The notes: generated from the sequence alone by a model not told the origin. A stretch of DNA of 64,000 nucleotides from Candidatus Acidiferrales bacterium (GCA_963826335.1 CAWGXB010000043.1:6559-70558), one strand, 5' to 3'; shown: positions 34,608 through 45,012, counted from the stretch's first letter. Numbers and translations: made by a program.

Positions 34608-36330
34608 GGTGATCCGTCTTTCGCAGATCGTATCGAGCGCGGCTGTAATGCTCTTGCTCGCGTGGTTGGCGCCGGCTCAAGCGCAAAGGCCCGCGGATCA
34701 CGCAAGCACGGTGTCCGGCCAGGCCAGCCGCTATCCCTCCTACGAAAACGTTACCGAAAAATCCCACATTCAGTTCCAACATTCGTTTGGCGAACAGAAA
34801 CTCAGTTCTATTCTCGAAGCCACCGGCTCCGGGTGCGTGTGGTTCGACTACAACAACGACGGCTTGCTGGATCTCTACGTTCTAAGCGGAAGATACCTGG
34901 ACGGCGTGACCGATCACTCGAAAGTCGACGGCAAAGAGGCCACCAACCACCTTTATCGCAACAACGGCGATGGCACGTTCACCGATGTGACCGCACAGGC
35001 CGGCGTTCCGGGCAAAGGCTTTGCCATGGGTGTCACGGCCGGTGATTACGATAACGATGGCTACGAAGATCTGTACATCACCAACTGGGGCTCCGCGATT
35101 CTGTATCACAACAATGGCGATGGCACCTTCACCGACGTAACCGAAAAGGCCGGCGTGCAGAACAATCATTTTGGGGTTGGCGCCGCGTTCGTCGATTACG
35201 ATCGCGATGGCCGCCTGGACCTTTTTGTCGGCAACTATTTGAAGTTTGATCCGCACGCCAAGCGGCTGTACTACACCGCCGATGCCTTCGCGGGCCCGCT
35301 GGACTATGAAGGCGAGGGGAACCGCCTTTTCCACAATAACGGGGACGGAACCTTTACCGATGTGTCCGAACGCGCCGGCGTGGCGAATCCTGTCGGACGC
35401 GCCATGGGTGTGGCTATCGGCGATTTCGACAACGATGGCTGGCCCGACATTTACGTGGCGAACGACCAGATGGAGAGCTACCTGTACCATAACAACCACG
35501 ACGGAACGTTCACTAACGTCGCCTTGGAACAAAACGTGGCTTACGGCACCAACGGCGACACGCCTTCCGCCATGGGCCCGATCTTCACCGACTACGACAA
35601 TGACGGCGCGCTCGACATTTTTGTTTCCGACATGCGCTATCACCGGCTATTCCGCAATTCCGCCGCCGAGAAATTCTTCACTGACACCACCGCCGAGTCT
35701 GGCGTCGCTCACATGTCTGGTCAATACGTGGGGTGGGGCGACGCCTCGTTCGATTTTGATAACGATGGCTGGAAAGATTTGTTCGTCGTGAACGGCGGCC
35801 TGCACTGGCTTGTGCCGATGGAAGACCTGCTACTCCGCAACAATGGCAATGGCACATTTACCGATGTTTCCGAGGACGCTGGGCCGTACTTCAAAGAGAA
35901 AAAAGTTGGGCGCGGCGCGGCTTTCGCCGATTACGACAACGACGGCTGGATGGATGCCTTCATCGTTGTGCTTGGCGGAAAAGGAATTCTGCTGCACGCC
36001 AATCCGCCCGCGGCGAGCGCCCGAAATCACTGGCTAACACTCAAGCTGACCGGGACCAAAAGCAACCGTGATGGGTTTGGCGCGCGCCTCGAAGCCGTAG
36101 CGGGCGATCTGCGTCAAACGGTCGAAAATTGCCCGCAGTCTGGGTACCTCTCGCAGAACGATCCTCGCCCGCACTTTGGCCTGGGTTCGCACACTGACGT
36201 GGACGTGCTCACCATTCGTTGGCCCAGCGGCACGATGCAAACTTTGCAGCACGTGAAAGCCGATCAGATTCTGCACGTCACCGAGCCTCGCGAGGGCGAG
36301 TCAGCGGCAGGCAAAGGTGGCAAACCGTGA
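34585..36330 (+). CDS. CRTAC1/ASPIC-UnbV family FG-GAP (VCBS) repeat protein, secreted
   Basis: Signal peptide ..LLLAWLAPAQA. Seven D[YF]DNDG[WYL].D[LI][YF]V calcium-type repeats. C-terminal ASPIC/UnbV-like NHWLTLKLTGTKSNRDGFGARLE..VLTIRWPSG. It overlaps the upstream gene by 23 nt. Confidence 0.85.
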   Translation: MLPQKQTKVIRLSQIVSSAAVMLLLAWLAPAQAQRPADHASTVSGQASRYPSYENVTEKSHIQFQHSFGEQKLSSILEATGSGCVWFDYNNDGLLDLYVLSGRYLDGVTDHSKVDGKEATNHLYRNNGDGTFTDVTAQAGVPGKGFAMGVTAGDYDNDGYEDLYITNWGSAILYHNNGDGTFTDVTEKAGVQNNHFGVGAAFVDYDRDGRLDLFVGNYLKFDPHAKRLYYTADAFAGPLDYEGEGNRLFHNNGDGTFTDVSERAGVANPVGRAMGVAIGDFDNDGWPDIYVANDQMESYLYHNNHDGTFTNVALEQNVAYGTNGDTPSAMGPIFTDYDNDGALDIFVSDMRYHRLFRNSAAEKFFTDTTAESGVAHMSGQYVGWGDASFDFDNDGWKDLFVVNGGLHWLVPMEDLLLRNNGNGTFTDVSEDAGPYFKEKKVGRGAAFADYDNDGWMDAFIVVLGGKGILLHANPPAASARNHWLTLKLTGTKSNRDGFGARLEAVAGDLRQTVENCPQSGYLSQNDPRPHFGLGSHTDVDVLTIRWPSGTMQTLQHVKADQILHVTEPREGESAAGKGGKP

Positions 36331-36362
36331 GCTGCGGCCGCAGAAGACGGGCAATTTACCGG

Positions 36363-38234
36363 ATGCCCCAGCCGGTGGCCATCGTCGCCAGTCTTGTCAT
36401 AGCGTTGCTCATAAATCCTCGTGCCACTCGCGCACAGGACAAATCTTCATCGGAGCAGATGCAGGATCACTATCTAAGCCCGATCGAAGCCAAGATCTCC
36501 CCGGACGGCAGCAAGCTCTACGTGGTTTGCGAAGATGATGATTCGCTGCTCAGCGTCGATCTGCGTTCTCAGCGCGTCACCCGCAGAGCGAATGTAGGCC
36601 ACAGGCCAAAGGATGTCGCTGTCTCGCCGGATGGCCAAAAGCTGTACGTTACAAACGAATGGAGCGACACAGTCACGGAAATTGACGCTGCATCCTTCAA
36701 AGTGCTGCGCGCGCTTCCCACGGGGTGGGGGCCGATCGGTCTAACGACGGACCGCGCGGGGAAATTCTTGTACGTCGCTAATAGCATCAGCAACGACATT
36801 TCGGTCATCGAACTCCACACCGGAACCGAGCGCAAGCGCCTGGCGTCTTGGCGCTCTCCGCATCAGGTGACGCTGTCGCGCGATGGACGATTTGTCTACG
36901 TCGCCAATCTCCTCGGTCTTCTTGGGCGCCCGGATCAGTCGCCTGTCTCGGAACTCGTTGTCATCGACACACACAGCCAAAGCGTTGCCGAACGCATTGA
37001 AATTCCCGGCGTTTTGGAGCTTCGCCATATCGCGGAGTCCCCCGCCGCACAGGGCGGCTATTTGCTGGTTCCGTTCATGCGTCCGAAGAACCTGAATCCG
37101 CTCGTTCAGGTAGCCGACGGGTGGATGCTCACTCACGGGATGGCCGTGGTTCGTCCGGCAATTGCCGCCGGTTCCGCACCACACACGTCTCCCGAAACCA
37201 CGCAGGTCCTTCTCGACGATATCGATTACTACTACGCCGGCACCAACGGTGTCGCGTTCACTCCTGATGGACGCCGCGCACTGGTCACTTCTTCCGAAGC
37301 CGACGTTGTTTCCGTAATCGATACGGCAAAATTGCAGAAGCGGCTCAGCGAAGTTCCTGCAGCTCAGCTAGCCAATCGCCTCGACTCGTCCCGCGAAATC
37401 GTGCAGCGGCGGATTCCCACCGGACCGAATCCCACTGCGGTGGTGATGGCGCCAAACGGTTCATCGGCGTATGTCGTGAATCGTTTGGACGACAGCCTGA
37501 CCATCGTCGACATCCCGAACATGCGCGTTCGTGGAACGATTCGTCTCGGTGGCCCGAAAGAGTCTTCGCAGCTGCGTCGCGGCGAGAAACTGTTTCACTC
37601 CGCGCGATTCTGTTTTCAGGGACAATTTGCCTGCGTCACCTGCCATCCTGACAATCACATCGATGGCGTTGCCTGGAACTTGGAAACTCCGCAACTGGGC
37701 CGCGATCGTGTGGCCAATCGCACGCTGCGCGGCATCTCGGAGACCGCGCCTTTCAAATGGAACGGCCACAATCCAGACCTCGAAACGCAGTGCGGCCCGC
37801 GAATCGCCAAATTCCTTTTCCACTCGGAAGGATTCAACAAGGAAGAACTCGCTGACCTCGTGGCGTTCATCAAGTCCATTCCGCTGCCACCAAACCGCCA
37901 TCTGGCAGCCAATGGTGAACTATCCTCCTCCCAGGAGCGCGGCAAGGCCATCTTCTACAAGAAAAGCTGCGACACCTGCCATCCCGCCGCGACTCACTAC
38001 ACCGCCAAGTCCAGTTTTGACGTGGGCACGGCCACCAAGTACGACACATCGGGTCTTCTCGATGTTCCCCAGCTCGATCGCGTATATCAGCGGCCGCCCT
38101 ATCTGCACAGCGCAGAAGCGCTTTCGCTCGAGGAACTTTGGACCGTCTACAATCCCGCCGACAAACACGGCGTGACGTCCGACATGTCGAAAGAGGAGTT
38201 GAACGATCTGATCGAATTTCTGAAAACGCTCTAG
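36363..38234 (+). CDS. YVTN-type beta-propeller fused to di-haem cytochrome c peroxidase/MauG-like domain
   Basis: ATG 36363 gives the signal peptide MPQPVAIVASLVIALLINPRATRAQ. Repeats LYVTNEWSDTVTEID, LYVANSISNDISVIE, VYVANLL and AYVVNRLDDSLTIVD. Two CXXCH motifs: CVTCH (37632-37646) and CDTCH (37968-37982). Confidence 0.8.
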   Translation: MPQPVAIVASLVIALLINPRATRAQDKSSSEQMQDHYLSPIEAKISPDGSKLYVVCEDDDSLLSVDLRSQRVTRRANVGHRPKDVAVSPDGQKLYVTNEWSDTVTEIDAASFKVLRALPTGWGPIGLTTDRAGKFLYVANSISNDISVIELHTGTERKRLASWRSPHQVTLSRDGRFVYVANLLGLLGRPDQSPVSELVVIDTHSQSVAERIEIPGVLELRHIAESPAAQGGYLLVPFMRPKNLNPLVQVADGWMLTHGMAVVRPAIAAGSAPHTSPETTQVLLDDIDYYYAGTNGVAFTPDGRRALVTSSEADVVSVIDTAKLQKRLSEVPAAQLANRLDSSREIVQRRIPTGPNPTAVVMAPNGSSAYVVNRLDDSLTIVDIPNMRVRGTIRLGGPKESSQLRRGEKLFHSARFCFQGQFACVTCHPDNHIDGVAWNLETPQLGRDRVANRTLRGISETAPFKWNGHNPDLETQCGPRIAKFLFHSEGFNKEELADLVAFIKSIPLPPNRHLAANGELSSSQERGKAIFYKKSCDTCHPAATHYTAKSSFDVGTATKYDTSGLLDVPQLDRVYQRPPYLHSAEALSLEELWTVYNPADKHGVTSDMSKEELNDLIEFLKTL

Positions 38235-38289
38235 CGCAATTCGTATGCGGCGCCGATAGGGTAGGGAAGCGAATGAGGAAGAAGGGCAA

Positions 38290-39432
38290 ATGAACGCACT
38301 TAAAGCGAAAGGCTGGCTGGCAAGGATCGCGATGCTTTCGCTGCTGGTAATCCCGGCGCGCGCCCAGAATGCGGCGCTGTACACGCACTGGGAGAACTAC
38401 ACGACCGCCAATGGCATGCCGGATGAAAAGGTATTTCAGGTGGTTGTAGATGGCGATCGCGTGTGGGCCGGCACAGAAAACGGGCTGGTGCTGATCGAAA
38501 AGGGAAAAATCCAGAAGGTGTACAAGACGGAAGACGGCCTGGCAAACCGCGTCGTCACCGGCATCGCCGTCGACAAAAATACCGGCGATGTTTGGCTCTC
38601 TACTTTCGGCGGGCTCAGCCGCCTCTCCGGCGGTCAATTTCACAATTACACTAACCTGACCAGCGGTTTGGCCAACGACATCGTTTATGCCGTGGCCATT
38701 CAGGGTGAATTTGTTTGGGCCGCCACCACCGCGGGCATCAGCCGCCTGAATACGCAAACCGGCGAATGGTCCATCTTCAGTGAACGCACCGCGCCAATGC
38801 ATGAACCGTGGTCCTACGGCATTGCCGTCACCGAGAAGAAAGTTTTCTTCGCCGTGTGGGGTGGCGGCCTGCTGGAGTACGACATCGCGGGCGGCTACTG
38901 GAAACCCTACACCGATCCTGACGGTGAAATGGAAATCGTGCTTTTCAAGGATCAAGGCCTGATCCACGACATCGTCAGTAACGTGGCCTACAATCCCGAC
39001 ACAAAAATGGTCTGGGCCTCCACGTATTTCGGCCTCAGCGGATACGACGGCCACAAATGGCACAACTATCTCTCCACCGATAGCGGCCTGGCTTCTGATT
39101 TCATCAACGCGCCGCAATCCCGCGGCGATGATGTGTGGGCCTGCACGGATAAAGGCCTGAGCTATCTGAACTTCAAAACGAACACCTGGATCACCTATCG
39201 GCCGGCTGCCGATGGCGTGCACGGTGAAATCATGATCACTGCGCCGGACAAAAAGGTGACAAAAATTGAAACGCCCACATCCCTCGCACACAACTACATC
39301 TTGAACCTTGCATTTCAAGGCGACGACATTTGGGTGGCCACGGCCAAGGGGCTGAGCCACGGCACTCGCGATTCCAAAACTCAATCACACAAGGAAGGAA
39401 AGCTAAATGAACAGCACACCGCTAGTCGTTGA
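38290..39432 (+). CDS. Stand-alone secreted 'two-component regulator propeller' (Reg_prop) repeat protein
   Basis: Signal peptide ..LLVIPARAQ. Seven repeats of the W.(G/A/S)T..GL..(L/Y) type (VWAGTENGLVLI, VWLSTFGGLSRL, VWAATTAGISRL ...). There is no kinase or HTH domain. Confidence 0.7.
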   Translation: MNALKAKGWLARIAMLSLLVIPARAQNAALYTHWENYTTANGMPDEKVFQVVVDGDRVWAGTENGLVLIEKGKIQKVYKTEDGLANRVVTGIAVDKNTGDVWLSTFGGLSRLSGGQFHNYTNLTSGLANDIVYAVAIQGEFVWAATTAGISRLNTQTGEWSIFSERTAPMHEPWSYGIAVTEKKVFFAVWGGGLLEYDIAGGYWKPYTDPDGEMEIVLFKDQGLIHDIVSNVAYNPDTKMVWASTYFGLSGYDGHKWHNYLSTDSGLASDFINAPQSRGDDVWACTDKGLSYLNFKTNTWITYRPAADGVHGEIMITAPDKKVTKIETPTSLAHNYILNLAFQGDDIWVATAKGLSHGTRDSKTQSHKEGKLNEQHTASR

Positions 39433-39901
39433 ACCATCCAAGGAAAGAGAGGCCGGCGCGGTTCAGAAGAAGGCCATCGTGGCGCCGCGCGTTTTGAACG
39501 AGGCGTATCGCTATCCGAAGCCATCTTCGTTTTCGCGCGGACTTCGTCTGGACATCAAAGGCGTCACCATTCTGCTGATTTCCGGAACCGCCAGCATCGA
39601 CGAGAACGGGCAGACCGTTCACGAAGGTGATTTCCGCCTCCAGACCCTGCGCACCTACCGCAACATCACGGAATTGCTCGCCGTGGAAGGCGCCACTTGG
39701 AAAGACGTGGTCCGCACTACTTGCTACCTGCGCGACATCGAGCGCGATTATGCCGCGTTCAACGAAATTCGCACGCAATTCTTCAAGGAACAGGGACTCG
39801 ATCCGCTTCCGGCTTCCACCGGCATCCAGGCGATTTTGTGCCGTCCAGATTTGCTCGTCGAAATGGAAGCAATGGCAATTTTTGACGCCAGTAAGAAGTA
39901 G
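39407..39901 (+). CDS. YjgF/RidA-fold (endoribonuclease L-PSP superfamily) protein
   Basis: LLISGTASIDENGQTVHEGDFRLQTLRTYRNITELL..TCYLRDI..PASTGIQA..LVEMEAMA. It overlaps the upstream gene by 26 nt. Confidence 0.75.
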   Translation: MNSTPLVVEPSKEREAGAVQKKAIVAPRVLNEAYRYPKPSSFSRGLRLDIKGVTILLISGTASIDENGQTVHEGDFRLQTLRTYRNITELLAVEGATWKDVVRTTCYLRDIERDYAAFNEIRTQFFKEQGLDPLPASTGIQAILCRPDLLVEMEAMAIFDASKK

Positions 39902-39987
39902 GGAACTGGCTTGGGCCCGGGCGGGCGCTCTATTCCAACACAACGCCCGCCATGCAGCGGAAGTGATTCGAAAGAAGGTCGAAGAAC

Positions 39988-40887
39988 ATGAATATCGCAG
40001 GAGCTGCTGCTTCAGGTGATCTCTCGCGGATATGTCCGATCGTGAGCCGCAGCCACGAGTCTCTCGGTTACGGAACCACCGGGACACAAATTGTAAACGT
40101 CGACTCCGTCGCTATCGGCGCCGACCGGCCGGTGGTGATTGCCGGACCCTGTTCGGTTGAGAGTCATGCGCAAACGCTGGAACTCGCGCGCGCCGTAAAG
40201 GCCAGCGGCGGAGACATGCTGCGCGGCGGCGCATTCAAGCCGCGCACCTCGCCACACGATTTCCAGGGACTTGGTCTCGAAGGCCTGAGGATTCTGCAGG
40301 AGGTTGGCCGCGAAACCGGTTTGCCAGTCGTCACCGAAGTGATGGACCCCCGACTAGTCGAGCAAGTGGGTGAATACGCCGACATGCTTCAGATCGGCTC
40401 CCGCAATATGCAGAATTATCCGTTGCTGGTCGAGGTGGGCCGCTACGGCAAGCCAGTGTTGCTGAAGCGTGGCATGGCCGCCAGTCTTTGCGAGTGGCTG
40501 GGCGCGGCCGAGTACATTGCGAAGGAAGGGAATTTGCAAATCGTACTTTGCGAGCGAGGAATCAAGGCATATCCCTCCGGGGAGTACTCCCGCTTCATCC
40601 TGGATCTGAACGTGATCGCCGCAGTGAAAGCAGAGACGTTTCTGCCTGTCATTGTTGATCCCAGTCACGCCACCGGCATTGCGTCGATGGTAGAGCCTGC
40701 CAGCCGAGCCGCCATTGAATCCGGCTGCCACGGCCTGCTGATCGAAATCGCCAGCGATCGTCCGGGCGCGGCCAAGCCGAAGTGCGATGCCGCGCAAGCG
40801 ATCAGTCCCAAGATGCTGGAGCGAATCATTGGATTCGTGGGCTCGCGTCACGCCTACGCGGAAGGGAAGACCGCTTATGCGGTGTAA
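39988..40887 (+). CDS. 3-deoxy-7-phosphoheptulonate (DAHP) synthase, type I-beta (AroF/KdsA-like)
   Basis: [10 protein letters not shown]...[23 protein letters not shown]...VVTEVMD...[12 protein letters not shown]...LLKRG...DPSH. Confidence 0.88.
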   Translation: MNIAGAAASGDLSRICPIVSRSHESLGYGTTGTQIVNVDSVAIGADRPVVIAGPCSVESHAQTLELARAVKASGGDMLRGGAFKPRTSPHDFQGLGLEGLRILQEVGRETGLPVVTEVMDPRLVEQVGEYADMLQIGSRNMQNYPLLVEVGRYGKPVLLKRGMAASLCEWLGAAEYIAKEGNLQIVLCERGIKAYPSGEYSRFILDLNVIAAVKAETFLPVIVDPSHATGIASMVEPASRAAIESGCHGLLIEIASDRPGAAKPKCDAAQAISPKMLERIIGFVGSRHAYAEGKTAYAV

Positions 40888-42241
40888 CGGAAGACTCTGT
40901 TTATTGCCGTGCGCGCTATTGATGGCGTCCGCCGCATGGTCGCAGTCCCCTGACGCGCCAAAGACTCCTGCGGCCGAGCCTTCAGCCCAGCGTTACGCCA
41001 ATATGCCGGTGGAAGCTGTTCCGTACGGAAAATTTACCAAGCCCTACAAGGAATGGTTCCTCACCGACGACACGCTGGCCTACAACGGAGCTGCCCGCGA
41101 CCGTGTCGTCAGGGAAATCCTCCACTCCAAAACTGTGAATATCGGCTTTCTCGGGCCTATCGAGAACAATCCCGAATCCCCTTATGGCCTTGCCATGCTG
41201 CACGGCGCGCAACTGGCCATCGACGAGGCCAATGCGAAAGGCGGCTATGGCGTCAGTGGAATGTCCAGCGGCCGTCCTTACGAACTGAAGGTGCACAATG
41301 ATTCCGCTCAGTGGGGCGCGTCATCGACCGAAGCCGTAAAAATGGTATTCGACGAACACGTTGTCGCCGTGCTCGGCTCTGTCGATGCCGCCTCGACACA
41401 TATCATGTTGCGCGTGAGCCTGAAGCTTGAATTCCCAATCATGGATACAGCTACGACGGATCCCACGGTTACTGAAACTCGTATTCCCTGGCTGCTTCAC
41501 AATTTTCCCGACGATCGGCAGCAGGGCTATGCCTTGGCCGACTACATTTTCAAGCAGCAAAAGCTGAAGCGAATCGGTGTTATCCGGCTGCAGGCGCGCT
41601 ACGGGCGCATTGGCGTGTCGAAATTCTTTGACGAAGCCAAGCGCATGGGGCACGTGCCGGTGTTGGAAGTAAAATTTTTGCGGGGCGACGCGGACTTTTC
41701 CACGCAACTGCGCATGCTGCAAAACGCGCACCTTGATGGCGTGGTCATCTGGGGCGAAGCCGCCGAAGCAGGACTCATCCTGAAGCAGATGCGTTCGATG
41801 GGCATGAAGCAGCCGGTCTTTGGTTCCAGCCGCATGGATTATCCGACGCTGCTGGAAACCGCCGGGCCTGCCGCCGAGGGCCTCATCACCACTTGCGCCT
41901 TGGATCTTTCTTCCAGCGAACCCAAGTGGCTGGAATTTCAGAAGAAATACCGCGCGCAATTCAATTCCGATCCCGACGCGTACGCTGCCTACGCCTACGA
42001 CGGGATGAACATGCTGATCGCGTCCATCGAAAAGGCCGGGCTGAATCGCGGAAATATCATGGATGCATTTCGCGATTACCAGAAGACTGGCTACCAAGGC
42101 GTCGCCGGCCACGCGCAATTTGACTACACGCTGAACAACATCGCACCAATCTCCATGGTCCGCGTGCAGGGTGGCAAATTCGTTTATTGGAAGGCGCCGC
42201 GTCCAGAGCAGCTCGCCGCGAAATCCGGCGGAAGCGAGTAA
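40877..42241 (+). CDS. Type-1 periplasmic solute-binding protein (Leu/Ile/Val-binding-like), no cognate permease nearby
   Basis: ATG 40877 overlaps the DAHP synthase end by 11 nt. Signal peptide [23 protein letters not shown]. The LivK-like layout includes ANAKGG..., [12 protein letters not shown] and [12 protein letters not shown]. Confidence 0.75.
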   Translation: MRCNGRLCLLPCALLMASAAWSQSPDAPKTPAAEPSAQRYANMPVEAVPYGKFTKPYKEWFLTDDTLAYNGAARDRVVREILHSKTVNIGFLGPIENNPESPYGLAMLHGAQLAIDEANAKGGYGVSGMSSGRPYELKVHNDSAQWGASSTEAVKMVFDEHVVAVLGSVDAASTHIMLRVSLKLEFPIMDTATTDPTVTETRIPWLLHNFPDDRQQGYALADYIFKQQKLKRIGVIRLQARYGRIGVSKFFDEAKRMGHVPVLEVKFLRGDADFSTQLRMLQNAHLDGVVIWGEAAEAGLILKQMRSMGMKQPVFGSSRMDYPTLLETAGPAAEGLITTCALDLSSSEPKWLEFQKKYRAQFNSDPDAYAAYAYDGMNMLIASIEKAGLNRGNIMDAFRDYQKTGYQGVAGHAQFDYTLNNIAPISMVRVQGGKFVYWKAPRPEQLAAKSGGSE

Positions 42242-42243
42242 CC

Positions 42244-43500
42244 ATGATTCGGTTCGCAGCCAAGTCGCGTGACTTCCTTGCGGCGACGCGCTGCGCTCTA
42301 TCTTGGCTGCTTTATGCCTTCGCGTTTCGCAGAATCCTCGCATCTCTTTTTGCTTTTGTTCTACTTGCTGCGACGGTATCTGCCCAATCGCGAAGTTCGC
42401 CGGCTCCTTATGCTTCGATGAATCGCGACGACGTGGCTTATCGCGGCCCGGATCGCGGAAGCACTAAGGATCTTCCCGGCGATGTTACGACGATTGGCGT
42501 CCTGCTACCTCTGCGTAGGGCGCGCGCCGCCCAAGGGACCGCGTTGCGGACCGCTGCGCAGATGGCGCTCGACGATGAGTTTGCTTCCGCGACGGGCACG
42601 CCCAGCCGCCGCTTGGCGCTGGCATTTCGCGATGAAAGCGAGCGTTGGGGGCAAGCCAGCAGCGAAATGGTCGACCTGATCGATCAGCAGCAAGCCATCG
42701 CGCTGATCACTCCTGCCGATGGCAACATCGCGCACCAGGCCGAACAGATCGCCAATAAGATTGCCATCCCGATCCTCACGCTTTCCAGCGACGCAACCAC
42801 AACCCGCATTAATATTCCCTGGATTTTTCGCCTCGGGCCCAGTGATGCTGATCAGGCGAAGCTCATCGCCGCAGACATCTACCAACGAAGGAATCTGCGG
42901 AAGGTTCTCTTGATCGCCGAGGACGACCACGATGGCCGTGTTGGTAGCGAAGAGTTCATGCGCGCTGTGAATTCACTTGACGCCGCTGCGCCGGAACGCA
43001 TGGGCTTCAATCCGGCAACTTCAGATTTGGCATCCCTCGCCGACACACCCAAGTCAAGGTTGCCTGACGCCATCGTTCTCTGGACTGGTCCCGAAGCCGC
43101 GACGAGGTTGCTTTCCGTTTCGCACCAGACAGCGCCATCGGCTGTCATCTATCTATGCAGTAAGGCCGCGCAGTTCTCGCCCCAATCGTCGCAACCGTGG
43201 TTCAGTGCTTCCCTCATTTCGCCGACTACGGACCGCGCTTCGGATTTTGCCGAGCGTTACCGCCAGCAGACTGGGCTTGAGCCTTCTGTGGGCGCCAAGG
43301 AAATTTACGATGCTGTGCGCCTTCTGGCCGCGGCAGTTCGCATCGCAGGACCAAATCGTGCCCGGGTGCGCGACTACCTTGCATCCGGCTTCGACTATTC
43401 TGGCGTGAGTGGCGCGTTTTCCTTCGATAAAGCGGGCAATCTTCAAGGCGAATATGTTTTGCAGCGTGCTGTCGAGCCGCCGATCCAGGCTGTCTTCTGA
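42244..43500 (+). CDS. Second type-1 periplasmic solute-binding protein (divergent)
   Basis: ATG 42244 is 2 nt after the upstream stop. A hydrophobic signal/anchor is followed by a LivK-like alpha/beta repeat pattern (IGVLLPL.., IALITPADGNIAHQAEQIANK, VLLIAEDDHDGR). Confidence 0.6.
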   Translation: MIRFAAKSRDFLAATRCALSWLLYAFAFRRILASLFAFVLLAATVSAQSRSSPAPYASMNRDDVAYRGPDRGSTKDLPGDVTTIGVLLPLRRARAAQGTALRTAAQMALDDEFASATGTPSRRLALAFRDESERWGQASSEMVDLIDQQQAIALITPADGNIAHQAEQIANKIAIPILTLSSDATTTRINIPWIFRLGPSDADQAKLIAADIYQRRNLRKVLLIAEDDHDGRVGSEEFMRAVNSLDAAAPERMGFNPATSDLASLADTPKSRLPDAIVLWTGPEAATRLLSVSHQTAPSAVIYLCSKAAQFSPQSSQPWFSASLISPTTDRASDFAERYRQQTGLEPSVGAKEIYDAVRLLAAAVRIAGPNRARVRDYLASGFDYSGVSGAFSFDKAGNLQGEYVLQRAVEPPIQAVF

Positions 43501-43534
43501 TCGGCAGCGTCCCAGTCGCGCATTATTTGTGAAC

Positions 43535-44983
43535 TCACCATGAAGCTGTCGTGATCGATCGCGCGGCTAATGTCAGTTGCAGCGTTTTCCCTGCAGACAC
43601 CAGGTTCACCTTTGCGTCCCGCGCATCGCTGTTCAACAGTTCCGCCACGTGTCCCTTCTCCGGCGTTCGAAACACCATCACTCTCACTCCCGCGGACTTT
43701 CCCGAAGTTTGCACACGCACCGCGCCGGGCCGCACAAATTTACTGAAGTGCGCCAGATAGTAGTACGTGCCGGTGTATGTAATTTCATGCGTCGTCTTGT
43801 TGATGATCACCACGGGATGTTGCACGTTGGGATCGGGATTCCCGTGAATTGGCGAGACCGCCCAAGGTCCTCCCGTCTCGTCCAGAATCGCATTCCAGTA
43901 CAGCCAGGCAGACGTTCCCGCTTCCAGATCGCTGAAGATGATGTTTCCCCACACGTCTCCATCGTCGAAATCATAGATCGGCAATTTCTTGTCCTTGGGA
44001 TATCCGGCTTCATACGCGTAGCACAACTCATCCATCCATAGTGGCAGCTGTGGATAAGCGGCCTTTAGTTTTGCGATTTCCTCGTAATGCTTGAAGTCGT
44101 AACCGTGATACGCAAGAACGGCGACGTATTTTCTCGCTTCGGGATCCTTCAAAACCTCCGGATAGCGCTGGTACGCCTCAAGCCGCTCCGGCGCCTCACT
44201 CAGCATGATTTTGGTCGTCAATCCGGACTGCTGCAGCGCAGGCCCGACATAGTCGCGCAAGAGCACGCGAATTTCCGGATACTTGATCTTCGTGTAGACG
44301 CTTTCCGGTTCATTGAACAAGCTCAAATAATCAATTACGATCCCGCGCTTTTTGTATTCCTGCAGGTAGCGGACGTAGTACTTCGCCAGCACTGGATAAT
44401 ATTTCGGCTGAATGTCTTGATTCTTCTTTACATCAAACAGCATCCAGTCCGGCGGATAGTCCATGGGCGACTGCAGAGCGAATTGCCCGTACTTGCGCGC
44501 TCTCAGTATGAACGTGCCGACACCATTCGGCCCGAAGTCACGGTCGACGGAAAAATGTTTCAGCCCCACATCATCCGGGGTGTCGTCATACGTGAACCAC
44601 GGTCCCGCCGACTGGAAATCGGTTCCGGCGATGGGCGTCTTCATGGCCGTATAGCCCGCGCCTTCTTTGACGTCGAACAATGACCGCAGCACCGCTTCTT
44701 GTTTTTCCGCTGGAAGAGTATTCAGGGTGATGAGCCCCGCTTCCATAATCGATGCGCCGAACCCGTCGATCTTCTGGTATTCCGCCGCGTCGTTGATTTC
44801 AAACGTGTTGCCTGCTGACGCTTTTGTTTCGCTGAATTGCAGGTCCGGCTTTGCGCTCAGGCGATCTCCAGCCTTCGAGGACACATAGATCTTTACCGTT
44901 TGCGCTGTTGTGGTGGCACATGAAATACACAAAGTTGCGGCGAGCAGCGCAGGGCGCCGCCAACTCCGTTTGCGAATTGTCAT
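43535..44983 (-). CDS. Secreted glycoside hydrolase family 30 (glucosylceramidase/beta-1,6-glucanase/xylanase-like)
   Basis: Signal peptide. IDGFGASIMEAG, acid/base region LSLFNEPE and nucleophile region LWMDELC. Confidence 0.78.
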   Translation of the reverse strand: MTIRKRSWRRPALLAATLCISCATTTAQTVKIYVSSKAGDRLSAKPDLQFSETKASAGNTFEINDAAEYQKIDGFGASIMEAGLITLNTLPAEKQEAVLRSLFDVKEGAGYTAMKTPIAGTDFQSAGPWFTYDDTPDDVGLKHFSVDRDFGPNGVGTFILRARKYGQFALQSPMDYPPDWMLFDVKKNQDIQPKYYPVLAKYYVRYLQEYKKRGIVIDYLSLFNEPESVYTKIKYPEIRVLLRDYVGPALQQSGLTTKIMLSEAPERLEAYQRYPEVLKDPEARKYVAVLAYHGYDFKHYEEIAKLKAAYPQLPLWMDELCYAYEAGYPKDKKLPIYDFDDGDVWGNIIFSDLEAGTSAWLYWNAILDETGGPWAVSPIHGNPDPNVQHPVVIINKTTHEITYTGTYYYLAHFSKFVRPGAVRVQTSGKSAGVRVMVFRTPEKGHVAELLNSDARDAKVNLVSAGKTLQLTLAARSITTASW

Positions 44984-45012
44984 GAAATCTCCGTAAATCC
45001 AAAAACTCTCTA

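Noticed and set aside
37870-39384. 504-aa minus-strand ORF spanning the end of the YVTN/peroxidase gene and the Reg_prop gene
   Set aside because: It crosses an intergenic spacer and two well-supported plus-strand genes. The composition is repetitive and Arg/Gly/Ala-rich, and no domain signature is present.
39920-39951. 8-bp GC stem (GGCGGGCG / CGCCCGCC) with a 16-nt loop between the YjgF-fold gene and the DAHP synthase gene
   Set aside because: No U-tract follows and the loop is large, so it is not a convincing intrinsic terminator. It could be an mRNA structure, but nothing else supports a function.
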